This document shows, piece after piece, positions 13,189 through 27,386 of a DNA stretch of 64,000 nucleotides. The stretch is from Utricularia gibba (taxonomy: Eukaryota > Plantae > Magnoliophyta). The stretch's first letter is position 1. The number at the start of each line of letters is the position of its first letter. Where the stretch lies: positions 4,092,001-4,156,000 of the forward strand of contig NEEC01000002.1 in NCBI GenBank assembly GCA_002189035.1, written 5' to 3'. Position numbers and translations under genes: made by a program. Under the pieces are notes generated by a model that searched no databases, had not been told where the DNA came from, and saw only the letters and a list, made by a program, of their open reading frames with translations.

Positions 13189-13479
13189 TTGGCTCCAATG
13201 ATCCACCATGTGGTACCATGTAACCCCATGGTAACACATGACACTACGGTACAATCCCAACACCATTTGTAGCAACCACCAAATACGATGCAAACAGGTG
13301 TTCAAGTGGGTGTGTCAACTGGAGCTTAACTTGTTATGTTCAAGCTGGAGTGTCAACTAGAGCTTAACTGGAGTGTTAACAATCCAGTACAACCTCTATG
13401 ATAGGTTCCGAATGGGAACCTAGGAAAACCACTAGCATCACAATGTCTAATGTAGTGCTACATTAACGGCGTCTAGGGG

Positions 13480-15246
13480 ATGCCAGCCACTCGGTGTGCA
13501 TCCCCTCATCTTGCTCGTCACGCCACCTATTCCATGCCTGATTTCCTCCGAAAGATGTCATCACGTCTTCTGCATCACTCGTGTCCCCAGGACCTGATCC
13601 TCCAGGGGATTGACCACCATCTCCTTACGAATGAGGTTATGGAGCAAAGCACATGCCAATACATAATGATTCTGTGTGTCTACTGAATAGTAACTAGTCA
13701 TCCGTAGTATACCCCACCACATCTTCATCAAGCCCCAAGCTCGTTCGATCAGATTTCTGGCTGTTTCATGCCACATGTTGAATAGCTCCTTCGCATTATG
13801 GGGTACTCCATTTCCCTGGCCCCACTCCTTCAAGTGATAATGGAATCCACGATATGTTGCCAAAAAGCCCTCCCTATTGGCGTATCCATTATCACATAGG
13901 TAATTTGTTCTTGTGTCATCATGTATACATGGTGCATAAAATCATTGGAATCACATGCACAAGGCCTAAACAAGTGAAATACCTAGGCGTACATGGAAGC
14001 CGTCGGATCGTGAGAGTACATCATTTAGCACCCGACTATCTACAGCAGACCCCTCCCACCCAACAAGCACATATATAAATTTCATATGTTCATTACATAC
14101 ACCCAACACGTTGGTTGATATCACACCCTTTTGATTTCTATACCTTGTAGCATCACATTTCTTAACTCGTATACTGATGTATGTACCATCTACGGCCCCA
14201 ACACAACCCTGCAAATTCATAATCAATTTTAGATACATTCTTAAAAAGAAGCACGAAAGATGTCTCAACCTGGAAGTATTTGAATTTTTCTTCGGATGCA
14301 CGTTCTCCAGCAACTACTGGGGTCCCTAAGAGCACCTCATGGAGGCAAAGCACCGCATGCAACACCTTTTGGAAGCACCGAGACAGTCTCGGTGCTCCTC
14401 CCATAGACGTGCTTATGCACCCACATTTTTTTATGATACCTAATATTCCTAAAAACATGCAAACCATCTCCGGAATGGTTACATACTTTCCAGCTTTAAA
14501 CTAGAACGATTTTCTAATAGGCTACATAAAATACCCAAGGCATCTCGGCTGATTCTCAAGTTCTCAATGGATGCGCTGTTCACATCACTCACCTACATAC
14601 TAATATACTCAACTTGTCTAGGAATCTTGTGTGTAAGGGAATACCTGCGTCTCACACTATATCCCCTACGGTATTTTTTTTCCAATGTAAGTCTACTAAC
14701 ACATTCATCTGCACCAAGTATTTGGTTAAAACTGCCGCGGTCGCACTCAAGATGACATGACCCTCCTTGAAAAAATCCATGTCCCCTCAACAGTAGCAAA
14801 AATCGAGCAAAATAAATCCACACACACAGCACCACGGATTCTGAATTGGAAAGTCACAGATAAAAACCCACTATGTGGTGTTGCTGTGGTTGCCCTTATG
14901 CAGTGCTACCATGGACCAACCCACGAAGAATAGAAAGCACACTTACTGGAAGACCCACCCTTTTTGCGCTCAAAGAACACGTGACGTCGTCGGCAAATCA
15001 CAAACAATGTCTGGTTTGTAGATCTGTGTTCCAATATGGTTCACCCGAGGGCAAAAGTGGAAGCGGCGAGCTAGGTTTAGCTAAACCGACCCCCCTTAGG
15101 TTTAGCTAAACCCAGCTCCATGGGTTCTCGCCCGGTTTATGGTCAACAGGAGTTTTTTTTTACCCACTTGAAACCCACAAACCAAACGTGGGTTTATGTT
15201 TAAACCCACGCCGCAACCCACCTTAACCCAGTAACCAAACGTGCCC
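13480..15246 (-). mobile_element. PIF/Harbinger transposon relic with DDE_Tnp_4 nuclease pseudogene
   Basis: Motifs GCVGAVDGTYISI, STNVLGVC, FIYVLVGWEGSAVDSRVL, YHLKEW and RNLIERAWGLMK...GILR. Two probable introns at about 14200-14275 and 13890-13975. One TIR (reverse complement gggcacgtttggtt) ends at 15246 and is followed by TGA. Several stops and frameshifts; the partner TIR was not found. Confidence 0.85.
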
Positions 15247-15725
15247 TGAATGAACTCCCTAACTACACATTATTTCTCAGCTAAGTCACAAACTTGTTGT
15301 ACCATTGTTTCTCTAGCTCTACATACATATGCACATTTAATTCCTCTATGTGGTGTAAAAACACTATAGACTCATCACACATGCTTGACCCTCATTTGCT
15401 TCTCCCCAATATCCTCAGCAAGTCAACAATATTATGTGACATTTGATTATGTGAAGGGTAACCTCATTTCACAATCCTTGATTTCAATTTGGTTAGGAGG
15501 AATTGAATTTGAACCTTAGTTAATGATTTAAATGTCTCTCTCTATTTTTTTTTGGAGGATGAATTGAACACAATAGGTTATTTGCAAGCTTGTTGTGACT
15601 ATCCTTCTTCATTCAATATTTATTCTACTTATGCTTCTATGTCTGCCTATGAGTCCTCATTTCCTATCTCCAAACTCTAGGCTCATCACTTGAGGGCCCT
15701 TGCTTTATTAGTCTTGAATAGATAT

Positions 15726-16850
15726 TGTAAAGTGTCATTTTCAATTTGTTTATTATCTGTTATTACATGTTAATTAGGTATTAAGTTGCCCAATTAGGAG
15801 TTAAATTGATAAGTATTCTATTTTCCTAGAAAAATCCTATTTTTGTATTTTGTACATATTTTGTTGCCTTTTTTTTGTGCACTTTCACCCAAAATGTCAG
15901 GAGACAGGCTTGGAGTGTTGCAGGAGACTAGACTCTGACGTTTCGTACCTTGCACGCGATTTGGGTCAATTGTGAATAGAAGACTGACACTAGTCAAGAC
16001 CCCTGTCTTACGGCATGTCAGAGTATGTAGCGATGATTGGACACTTACTTGCATGCATGAGAAAGCTGGTGATGCACGTAAGACAAAAAGAATGATAGAA
16101 GGGGAGTAGAGGAAGTTAATGCACATGGAAATGAATTAAAGCAAACATGGAACAATCTTTTTTGGACATTCTTTTCACTTTGTTCTTCCACTAGAACTTT
16201 CGTTCTTCCTCTCCACTAAGGGAGGAAGAACGCCTTCCACGCATCATGTTGCAGTCTTTCTATAATGTCTCCCAGTTATGCTTCATGAGTAGCAAGCCAC
16301 TTCTCGGGGATTTTGATGAAGAGCAAGGTGAAGAGCATCATCTCCAACCCTATAAGTTTGAGGGAGATAGCAAATATTTTGTGACCGAGGGACCACAATA
16401 GTGGATACGTAGTGACCTTGTACCTACCACTGGTCATTAGCAACAGCTGGGCACATGCGCAGAATTCAGTTTTGAAGCTAATCGATGACAATTCTCTTGT
16501 CTTCTCAATCGCCCAAGGGGGAATCACATGAGACTTTTCCTATGCCTCCTTGTCAATGAGAGTGTAAGGGAGAGTAGTCTATTCATTGCTCCCATAACTA
16601 GTTATTTGGAACAAATCAATGAAAGCTGAGGCGAGGATAGACAAAAGGAGGAAATGGAATCTATTTCACAGGAACTGCGTCCCTTAGTCAAGGTCTATTA
16701 CTTGCGTTGTATCTTTTATTTATGTATTTCAAAAACCCCCTTTTATTGTGTTTTATGTTTTTCCAAATTAAATTTTTTTGAGGAAACAACACGTAATAGA
16801 AAGACATGGTATTCTTCCTTTGTGCCATGATGAAGAAGATCCTTATCAAC
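15726..16850 (+). mobile_element. Athila-type LTR (family C), 3' end uncertain
   Basis: Starts tgtaaagtgtcatttt, with an AT-rich leader and the catgagtagc motif also seen in the family A LTR near 59648. Colinear homology with 60000-60944 (-) starts at the TG terminus. Confidence 0.55.
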
Positions 16851-17651
16851 CTTGGGTCGTGGATTGCCATGCACATGAATCGGGTTGCTTTGTGTAGTGA
16901 GCAAGTGCTTCCCTTTTATTCCCTATTCACTAGCTTGCGATGCATTTTCATGTTGATCTAACTACCAATACAGCAAAGATCAGTGCCCACTTTCGTTATT
17001 TAGATTTGGTTGATCTTTTCAGTGCAGCTATATCAAGGAAACTTTACGACACGCTACCTTCGTCCAATATGAACCAAGAGCAAGAAATCCATGATGCTAG
17101 TTCATCAGAGTCAATCCATAAGGTGACTCATCCGATGTTTTGCTAACCACTACTCCTACATCCCTTGACAAACAAACCCTCATACTGGCCTTACAAGAGA
17201 TCGAAAGTTGACTTGTCACCATAGTTATGTTTCCTTTATCAAACTATTTCTTTTGTTGGTCATCAAAATGATTTTTGTATTTTTTTACGTTTACATTTGC
17301 TTATATATTTTTCTTTGTGTTGAGTCTATCCCATGTCATGCTTCCTTAATTAGATGAAATCTATGATTAGTCATACCTTATGATTGATTCATAAGGTATT
17401 AGGAAACCTTTTAGATGTGTGTCCTTACTTCAGATATATTGCTTTAAAGACATTCATTCGGGATCATACTTGTGAAGTATACTTTCAAAGTCGTTTGTGG
17501 TTAATTCTCAGCCTAATAACATCCGTAAAAAAAAGGATACCAATGATAAGAACTGCATGGAAAATTAGTTGAACAACAAAACTCATTATTTATAAACAAA
17601 GAATAAGACTTTGTGATCCAAGTAGTTCTTCCTCAAAGAGGGATGCTTTTC

Positions 17652-17654
<3 letters not shown>

Positions 17655-17696
<42 letters not shown>
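17655..17696. repeat. (AG)21 microsatellite
   Basis: Directly visible. Confidence 0.95.
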
Positions 17697-17702
<6 letters not shown>

Positions 17703-18813
17703 GAATATGTATTTGAGGTCTAGAGTTCTTTTGTTCCTATGTAGATATGAATAAAGAGAGTGATTCTCTATTGTCTCGTTTCCATTTATGTTGCTTAAGT
17801 TGAATTCCTTCAATTGATTCAAAGAGTATAGAATGAAGTTGAAGGAGATATATGCTTTAAGGGAGAAATAGATTACCTTAGTCATGTGTCATGATTATGG
17901 TCTTGAGTGAGTCATGGATTGTTATTCTATTTTCATACTTAATGTCAAACATGATATATGATGAAAATTTTGCAAGTGCATAGAAATTGTTGAAATAATA
18001 AATATAGATCATCTCCATATAGAATTGAGTATTTTTGAATTTTCTAAAAACAACTTGAAACAAACGAGAATAAAACAAAACAAAATGATTTTGAAAGCAA
18101 TAGAAATAAAAAATTTTTATTAAAGATTTACCATGCTAAAACTCACACATGTGTGTGTATGTAAATCTTGAAGAATAACCTATTTGCACAAGTTATGGGA
18201 GTATTATTCTAAAGTGTTGCTACTTGATATATGTTATATCATCATTCCTCTTTTAATAGGATTACAAAATCAACCACACCATCAAAGGTATTTGATCTCT
18301 TGTGATAACCTATATTTTTGCAAGACTCGATCCTAATCCCAACACCTCACATCCTCACATATAAACTAGGTAGAATGTACTTTATCAATGATGTCAAATC
18401 AAACTCTCCTACTTAGTTACTTAAGGTCAATCCGAGATTCTCCGACACTCTCTTAGATTTATGTGGTACTAAAAATTAAGTTGGTTAAAAATACATTGCA
18501 AAAAACAAAATCAAACATCAAACTAAATGTTAAAGAATATGGTAAATCTATCACATGTGAAAGGGCTTGCACAATCAAGGCTTCATCACAAATCATCCGT
18601 CGCAAGTACCTACATGTGAATACTTAATACTAACATGAAAATAAACAAGAAAGTAGAAAAAAAGATAAAAGGGAATAGTGGTCAAAGATGTGTCTAATAA
18701 TTAAAAAGCAAGGAATTTACAACAGTGAATATCTTAATCTTATATTGGGCTTGTTTGATAACCTTAAATAAATTTTTCTATCCAAATCTTTTATCTATAT
18801 ATTTCTAGGTCAG

Positions 18814-19812
18814 TGATAACACCATTTTTATTGAATTTTTGTATGTGTTTTAAGGATGATTTGTTTGGTAAAATGTTGTTTCATGTGTCTAATTGCTTCT
18901 TTTTGTGTATCTAGTTTGTAGGAATGTGTTATCGTGAAAATAAGTTCAATTGGCAACAATGGAGACGAAAACTCTAATATTTTCCTTTTGTCTGTGTATA
19001 AATCTTAATAAGGTAAGAGTTAGTACTATGACAGCGCATTTTCTTGTGTTGACAAGTCAAGAGGGGCAGAAAACTTGAGGAAAAATTACTTCTCACCAAA
19101 AGCAGCCATCTTTTTCAAAGATAAGATCTAGAGCACAGATCTTTCTTCTAGAAGCTGATGGAAAACAAGAACTTCTAGATTCAGCAGATGTAGTGTTAGA
19201 GCACCTGCCAGACATTTTATTTTAGCTTTCTACACTTTCATCTTTGTTGTTGAACTTTTTAGCGTTATTTTCTGCATTTCCATGCTTTTCTTTACATTCT
19301 TGGTACTTGGTTGTCAACAAGAAACATCCATTAGACCTTATTTGAGATTATAAACTTGTTTATGTTTGAGTTCTGCAGTCTTTAGTTATTGAGTTTAAAA
19401 TGTCTACAGTTCACATAAACCATTGCTTTATTTTCTAGGCGTGATAAAGCTGTGTTTCAACCTAAGGACTCTCTTAAGTGACACAGGAGCAGATCCTGAT
19501 GTAAAGCCCAGCCAAATCACATCCACTTTACGTTTTCTATGCATTTTTGTTATTTTCTATGCTTATTCATCCTTACAACTTGTTTATTTCAATTGTTGTT
19601 ATTTTATATCTTACGTGCATAAGAGAAAAATCCCTAGAACCCCCATGTTTTCAGTAAATGTAAAGGACTCCGAGAAATTGCAATCATTCCATGTGGATTC
19701 GACACTTGCTTGCGACACTACATTACTTTCTGTAATTTGCGTAGCAGAATAGCTAGGTTTTATACATTTCTTTTGATGCATTGAACATGCTATACCACGA
19801 CATTTAGCACCA
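18814..19812 (+). mobile_element. Probable Athila-type LTR (old)
   Basis: Starts tgataacacc. The gtggattcgac motif lies about 120 bp before a CA end, as in the other Athila-type LTRs here. The TSD is not clean (GTCAG vs AGTTA/GTTAG). Confidence 0.45.
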
Positions 19813-20226
19813 AGTTAGAACGTGCATCAATCACCTTTATTTATCTCATCCATGAATCTTGCACAAAATTTTTATCATTGCATTTAGTCTAGGATTGAGA
19901 TTCGTGTTCTAACAAATCCATTTATTAGAAAGCTTCGATTTCTCCTTAAATTGACCACAAAAGTATCTTAAATATCCACAAAATACATTTTTTCTTTTGA
20001 GAAGATAAAATTAGTGTAAAAGATGTAAAATATATAATGAGGAAGTGTAGTGTAAGATAGGTAAAAACAATATTCAATAGATAAAAAAACATGTTTTAGA
20101 ATGATATAAAGTTATTTATCAATTTAAATGTGAGGGTATGTAACTACAATGTATTATAATATTTTTATTATTTTGTATGTTTAAATGTGCTTAGAGTTGT
20201 CCAATTTGAAGTCAAAAATAGGAGTT

Positions 20227-20762
20227 TGTTATGGGTGAAAATCGATGTTTGTGGAGGGACTAGCTTTCGGGTGAAAGCACCCGACTAGGAAATTCCGTAC
20301 CTTCCTATGTTTTCCACGATTTTTTTCGGTTTGGTTAATGAGAACAGGGGTAGGCGAAGATTTTTACGTGGAAACCACTGTAAGACGGAAAAAACAACGG
20401 AGCTGTCGGAGCTCGTCGGAGAAAGTTCTTACTAGAGGGATGTGGAGAAGGAAAGTACAGGTGGGAGGCTTGGGATCGAACCCTCTCTCCGTTATGATTT
20501 CTTCTATTTATAGGGGAGGCCGGCCCGACCGAATCATGAGCTTCGCAGGTGTCGGCTACCTTTCTAAACTTGTGCTATGATCTTGCTTTTCAGACAATCG
20601 CCGCCCATTCTGCCGTGACTCGGTTACTCTTCAAACTAAGGCATACCGCCCTTGTCAGATCTTCTGCACATATCGATCTGTCGACAGGCATTGTCTCATC
20701 AAAAACCCTACTTGAAAACCTTTCAAAAAACTGATTATCCTTAACCGATTTGTAGCCTATCA
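20227..20762 (-). mobile_element. Solo LTR, Tat/Retand-type gypsy (536 bp), TSD GAGTT
   Basis: TG...CA termini with GAGTT at 20222-20226 and 20763-20767. Homologous to the LTRs at 36123-36647 and 61825-62355. TATA (tataaata on -) at 20505-20512. Confidence 0.8.
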
Positions 20763-20979
20763 GAGTTATAGGTTTTTTTATACTAGTATATGCTAGAGAA
20801 GATGATTTGAAACTAAATGCAGTAAATGGGTGTAAAATGATGACAATTGCTCTATATGTCATTTGGAGTGTAATGCATGGTTAACTAAAATGGAGCCACA
20901 AATTTGAATGGTACCATGATTTTTTATCACATGGATCCCAAATCTTATGCAATATAGTTAATTCCCACTTAGCACCATT

Positions 20980-21407
20980 CATTTTATCAACCTAAATTGG
21001 AGACTATATTAGCCAAAAATATGATAAATGATCAGGGTAGACTTAGGTTATTTGGAGTTGTGAGTATAGAAATTTTGTAAATTAAATTATGGACCTAAGT
21101 ACCACATCACCTAGATGCTTTTGAGACATCTTAGTGTTACTTCGTACTAGAACAAGTACTTGTTCCTTCCAGCATTGATACGGTATTGCTTACTGAACTT
21201 GCTTACCATTATTAGTTTGAGCTTAGATTAAGAACAATGTTTATTCTAAATTCTAAACACTTTGTAAGCACCGGCTCCTTATGATCGACCTCGAATTCCA
21301 TTTTACATTTTGAATTTTATTTGTATTTTTTGAGGATTAGGGATTATAAATTATTTGATATAAAGATTTCATTTCTTGCAACAATTATAAGAAATGTTTG
21401 TTTATCA
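20980..21407 (+). mobile_element. 3' part of an Athila-type LTR (family B)
   Basis: Reverse-complement homology to 44601-45000; ends tgtttatca at 21407. Confidence 0.6.
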
Positions 21408-21949
21408 AAGAGATGCTAATTACTCTAGCTAATGCAAAGATTCTCACTCAAATTAATTGCTTTTAATGTAGGAGCACAGGATAGTCATCCTTCTAGCTTA
21501 TGATAATGAAGACTAGATGTTACTTAGCACGGGAGGCCAAAAGGCTAACACTAGGAAAGTCATTGAGAAATAACCCATTGCTTCCCTCTAAATAATATGG
21601 CATAAATATGAGTGATGACACTACATTACCTAACAAATATTATGTGAGGAAAGATAGGGTAATGACCAATTACATTTAAAACCATAATCATGCAAAACAT
21701 CATGAATTTTTTTATCAATAAAACTTCATGGCAATTTTCTAAAGTAAACACATTGGAACTTGGTGGTAAGGGTTGAGAAATTATTGATGATACGCAAATG
21801 CTGAAAATATCACCCCAAAACCTTACTAAGTGGCTAAGACTTTGGCTTGTTCTCTCTCTACAACCTGAGAAACCATATGTGCTAGATTTGTGGGTGTGAT
21901 AACTATCTTGATAGAACCCCATAATATATGATTCGCCACATATAAACTT

Positions 21950-24900
21950 GGTTCAATACTAGTCATTCATTTACTAGAATAGAATTTCATTACATTTAGT
22001 TTCACATGATGGACCCAAGAACATACTCTTTCATTTTAAGATGAGAACAAAAGACCTTCAAATGAGATTGATTCTATTTACACCATAGAGAAGGAAAGGA
22101 GAAGCTATTGTCGCATTTCCTCATTCAGCAAGTTTGAGGTGGTGGCTTCTCAAACAAGCTACTTGATGATAGTGGACATTCCTCTATGACAAACATTTGA
22201 CGACATGCCAATTTTGTTTTGAACCCAAGGACTTCGAAGGTCTATTATAGTAGAATTATACTATGATGCATGAATGAACAAGATCAATTGAGTTCTATTA
22301 AATTAGTCTAGTTCTGGGAAATGAAGGGCATCCGGCAAGGCTAACATGTGCTCCCCTAGGCAACATGCAACTACTCTTGTCAAAAAAGTGGTTATGAACC
22401 CCAATTCAGATTATGGAGATTTCTCCACTGAAAAGGATAGTGAGTTCATAGTGGTATGGTCCTCAATGGCTTACAAGATTATCTGTAGGAGAAAAGGCGT
22501 CAAGATTCCATGGTACACATGAATATCAAATTGCCCACTAGAGCGAGCAATGCAACCTTTAACATGGATCAAAGTGAGGCAAGAGTTGGCTATCAAGTGT
22601 CTTGCAAAGGCTCCATTGAAACTACAGGGAACAATCTTGGGATGATGGAAGACAAGAAAGGTGATGATGAACATCGGCATGGAGCTATCCCTCAAAGTTG
22701 AGTTTGCACTAATGAAATGCTTGAACGAATTCCATTACATTTTCTCATGGATGTTAAAGGATCTTCAAGGCATTTGCCCCATGATGGCATCCCACAAGAT
22801 AACACTGATTAAATGGCAAATCTGGTCATAGAAAAAGAGGAGAAGATATAAAGCCAAACCTTTGAATCCTATTAAAAAATGAGAATGTTGTCATATTTAG
22901 AACTTTCATGATTTTAGCCATTGATCATTTCATATGTGCTCAAGGTGTCTTGTGTTAGGTTTCTTGTAGACATCGCAAATTAGAAAAGTAGTGGAATTTA
23001 AGAAAGCCCAAACGCAGATCTCGGAATACGGTATATATCAGATAAAGAGATGCTGAAAATACCTTTCAATGTACTCCGTTGTTCACCAACCGCCAATAGT
23101 AGACGGCCTCTACGATATCCACATGTGAAGCACTTCATCGATAACCTTCTCAAGGCCATAGAATGCTAGTTGATCTCTTCAGGTGCTAGTAAAGAAAGTC
23201 GCCCCTTTGTAGATGAATCTTAGAGAGAACGCAAATATGGAAACTCTGCGGATCAAATCTATTGATAGATATTTGGTAACATATCAAATCAAATCTCCGT
23301 GAAGATCTTATTTTATGGAGATATGTGTATGTTCCAAATCTTGTTTATATCAGATCTTTTATTTTGAGTTTAATTAATATTAATCTCAAAATAACTCTCT
23401 ATTTAATTTATTCACTTTACGAATTACATCTCATGTAATTATGTCAATCCATTTTATATCAATGAGTGACTCCACTATTGTGTGTGACTCTATTGACTTC
23501 TTCAATCAACGCCGAAATAATGGATTTTATTAATTAACTCTTAATTAAAAAATGCATTATCATCGATCATGAGTGATGTCTAGCAACATATCATAATCCC
23601 CAAGATATAAGAATAATCAGGTGAATTGATTGATCCATTTCATGACCAGCCACAATGCAATAAACATCTTTCATCCTACTTCTATCTCATTCAATATCAG
23701 AACATGGGTGCTTGTCTTTCTGATGTATTGAACTTATAATTGCATTTAAGCACTAACACTTAATGACCTACTCAAACACTTCGAGTGTCATCGCCCTGCG
23801 CACAGGACTTAGTGTTAGGCTTTGATGCAATTACTTGAGATAAGATCTCATAGCTAACATGAGTGATGAATCCTTTATTGATCAATCAATTATCCAACCT
23901 TAAAGAGTCACATCCCTTCTCATCCATACTAGGCAAGGCATGGTTGGAATCCCATTAGTAAAGAATGAAAATGCGAGCTTAAAATCAAGATAACTTTATT
24001 GATCTTAAGTTTAAGGTTACTTGTATGACTGTCATATTTGAGATCTTGCTACTAACACTTGATTAGCTTCCCATAGTAGCATCTCGATAGCGAGTCATTC
24101 AGTGAATCAATTCTCTAATCGACACTCATAGATAAGTTCTAATAATCTCATTACATCAATTGTGAGAACCATTGCCAAAATATTTTAGGAAACTCAATGT
24201 GTGTTAGCTTATCCTTGTTTGTGATATCCTCATTTCACAAATACTCTTGCCAGAGAATTTTTAACTTGAACATAAATGCTGAAAGAATCTCACATTATGA
24301 TCTCATCATAATTTCTATAGTACATAGATCAAGTAGAAGATTTTATCAATGATATGAATTTGATCACAATTCAAAGTAAATATCAAAAGATAACATTTGC
24401 TAATGAGTTGATTGTCGCTAAAACACATACATCAACATCTTGTTGAAGTGACATTGTTAATAATGACAACATTGTCGTTTAACATAACTTACAAATTATT
24501 GAGACTGACTTTGATTAAAGGTTTTTGTCTGAGAAAAGGGAGATCATTGAGCAAATTATGTAATGTTTCATTCATATGGCTAAATCCACGAGGTGTGATA
24601 TTTTGAATGGGTTGTCGAATACAAACTAGAAGACAATTTAATGGTTTCTAGACTTCACTTAATAGAACAAAACATGCTATTGGATGTTGTTGTTGGCAAC
24701 ACCATGCCAAAAACGATGGATTCTAATCAAGGCCACCATTCTATATCTCAAAAACTAAAGCTATTAGTAGAAAATGACCTTTACATTGGAGACTAGTAAG
24801 GGATAGTCAACAAGATTTTCCAACCATAACTTGATGATTTCATGTCGATATATATAGCTGACATGATCATGAAAACAAAGGAAGATGGCCTATCTAACGT

Positions 24901-26760
24901 CCAACTTTTCACAAACTGCTTCACCACTCTATAGTAGTGTCAATAAATCTCAACATCAAGAAGTGTTGATTTGGGTTCAGGAGTGGCAAGTTCTGTAGTG
25001 ATTAAGTGTCCAAAAAAGTTATTGAGTTTAGTCGGGAAAAAATTAAGGCCATACTATACATGCAACCTTTTCAAACACAATGTAAGATTCATGTTCTAAC
25101 CAAGAGATTAGCTACTTTGAGTAGGTTGATTTCTATATCTATGGAAAAGTCATTATCGTTCTTCATAGTATTGATGAAGGCAAATTTGCTTGTGTAGGAC
25201 AATGAATAAAAAGAGCTTTTTCATCCGTGAAGGAATACCCTATGTCTCCTCACACTCATCTAAAAACCAAATCTAGGGCATCATCAAGGATTATATATGG
25301 CCATTTTAGAGCAAAAAATTGATCCATTGAGTTGTACACTTTAGATTTGAAATTGGTGCCAAGGAAAAGTGTCAAATTCCATGTGATACAAGACTTCATT
25401 GTGGAAGTGAAACCTTGAGCATCTATCTTCCATCAAGTTGAACTATTATGTTTGAAAATGGATGGCTCTACCTTATCTCAGTTCTTAGGTGGTGTTTTGA
25501 ATCCCCCAGCTGGTAATGCTATATATTGATGTTATGTCTTTTTAACATGTTTTAATATTTTTTTTCATGAGAAATAGGGTAGAAAAACATGATGTAGTGG
25601 GGATACATCCTAATTTACGTGGTCTAAGGTTGTGCACAACCAAAACCTAAAACAGATCAATATTGCATTACTCAAATACAAAAGTGTGCCCAAGGTTGTG
25701 TTCATTTTGCACTCTCCAAACCCATTCAGTGCTGCTTTTTGCCATTTCCTATTTCACTAGATTTATCTTCAACAGGGTAATTGGTAGAATCAGAAATTGG
25801 AAAGAGAATGCAACAAGAAAAAAGTTAGTATATGGGTGGATGAAAAATAGAGAGGAGAGAGCTCCCTAGTGAGGAGCCGGAGAAAACTAAAGATTGACGA
25901 TCTAGGAAAGTTTGATGGACATGAAGCAGAAAATTAAAACTCTTGAGAAACAATTATGAGAGAAGTCTGAGGCAGAATAATTGGAAGTATATACTTGAAT
26001 ATTGGACTATTGCCTCAATGCAAATGTCAGAAGAAATACAATTTTGATGACCATAAAGGATAAATAGATTTTTCTATCATTAATCAGTTTCAAGAGGAAG
26101 AAGAATTGAAATATTTTATGAACATTTACTTCACTTATTTTTGCATCAAAATCATGTCGGCACTTGATCTGTTTATTTTAGTTGTATGCCATCTATTTCG
26201 TTGCCCATTTATCATTGCATTAGTTAGAGTGAACTTAAAATGGGTACATGTGGTTTCAAATTGTTAGTTTCTTTCATGTAGCTGCTACTTTCATAGAAAA
26301 TATATGAAGTCTATTATTTCATAAAAGTCTTTGTTACCTTATCACAGGAAAAAATTTTAACCAATGACTCTATTTAGTCTAGTTTGTGCATAACATTTAC
26401 AACTAAAAATTCATTGGTCTCTCTGGATTTAAGTAAAATTGCTACCACTAGTTTTATTTTCTTGTTGAATAATTATGGAATGCATATTAAATTTACAAAT
26501 GTTTTGATGGGAAAAAGGTTTCTAGATGTGTGAGAGCAAGAAAAAAAATCCCATTCATCACACATGTGAATGAAGTTTCAATACCATTCAATGACCAACA
26601 CCTTAGAATATGAAGCCTTCTTATTAGCCATGGAACTAGCAATGGAGATTGTGATATCTCAAATTAATGCAGAAGTGGAATTGAAATTGATGGTTTCTTA
26701 TTTCAAATGAACTTTTCAGGTCAGTGAGCATTTAGTGGAGGCTTAACTTCAAAAATTAAA
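21950..26760 (+). pseudogene. Highly decayed Tat/Retand gag-pol (RT and RNase H remnants), interrupted by a solo LTR
   Basis: RT remnant SKKVIEFSREKIKAILYMQP...RLATLSRLISISMEKSLSFF at 25006-25197, similar to the Tat consensus RGIEANPEKIKAI...RLAALNRFIS. RNase H remnant EYEAFLLAMELA near 26610. Many stops. Confidence 0.6.
22953..24437 (-). mobile_element. Solo LTR, Angela-type (1485 bp), TSD TCTTG
   Basis: Termini tgttaggtttcttgtagac...catacatcaaca with TCTTG at 22948-22952 and 24438-24442. Confidence 0.9.
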
Positions 26761-26859
26761 AGTGTTGTGTTGTGATAAATGAAAATTTTTTTAAGTCATT
26801 GCAAAAGTTGAAATTTTCGTATTAAATAAATTTATATTCCCTGATCTATACAAAATACG

Positions 26860-27095
26860 AATTTAGAAAACGTGTATAGCGGAATTCGGGGTCTATCAAG
26901 GAGCAAGTGCTTGCAAAGTGTTTTCTTAGATGCAAAATCGCAACATAGATGTCACTCTTAATCTAAGCTCAAACTAACAGTAGTAGTCAAGTTCAATACA
27001 CAATATCAAGTCTCAACACTAAAATAAAAAATATTGGTTCTAATACCAAGTAACACTAAGATGCCTTAAAGGTGTCAAGGTAACGTGGTGCTAAG
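26860..27095 (-). mobile_element. Family B Athila-type LTR fragment, cut by the hAT left end
   Basis: Colinear with about 44710-44927 up to gtggtgctaag, where the hAT begins. Confidence 0.6.
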
Positions 27096-27334
27096 TAGAG
27101 GTGGGTTCGGTTCGAACCAGAACTACAATTCGAACCGAAACCGTCAATTCCGGTTCCGGAATCGGAACATTACGGTTTTGGTTCGGTTCGGCATATTTGG
27201 AACCGTGGAACCGATGGTTCCAACCTGTGTGTGAACCATACTATTCACAATTCTGAACCGAAACCGTCGGTTTGGAATCAAAAAAATTTTAAAAAATCAT
27301 AAAAAAAAGTAAAAAATTAAAAAAAATTAAAAAA

Positions 27335-27337
<3 letters not shown>

Positions 27338-27383
<46 letters not shown>
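27338..27383. repeat. (AT)23 microsatellite within the hAT left arm
   Basis: Directly visible. Confidence 0.95.

Positions 27384-27386
<3 letters not shown>

Noticed and set aside
13480-14835. Domesticated HARBI1/ALP1-like host gene
   Set aside because: Multiple stops and frameshifts plus a retained TIR indicate a decayed transposon.
15894-16640. Apparent novel protein family shared with 60000-60778 (-) (MSSKPLLGDFDEEQGEEHHLQPYKFEGDSK vs MNSQPFLVNFDKDQGKEHHLQLYWFEGDSK)
   Set aside because: In 30 aligned codons the differences fall 6/4/6 on positions 1/2/3, so there is no coding signature. The homology extends to a TG terminus and includes an Athila LTR motif, so both copies are better read as LTR sequence.
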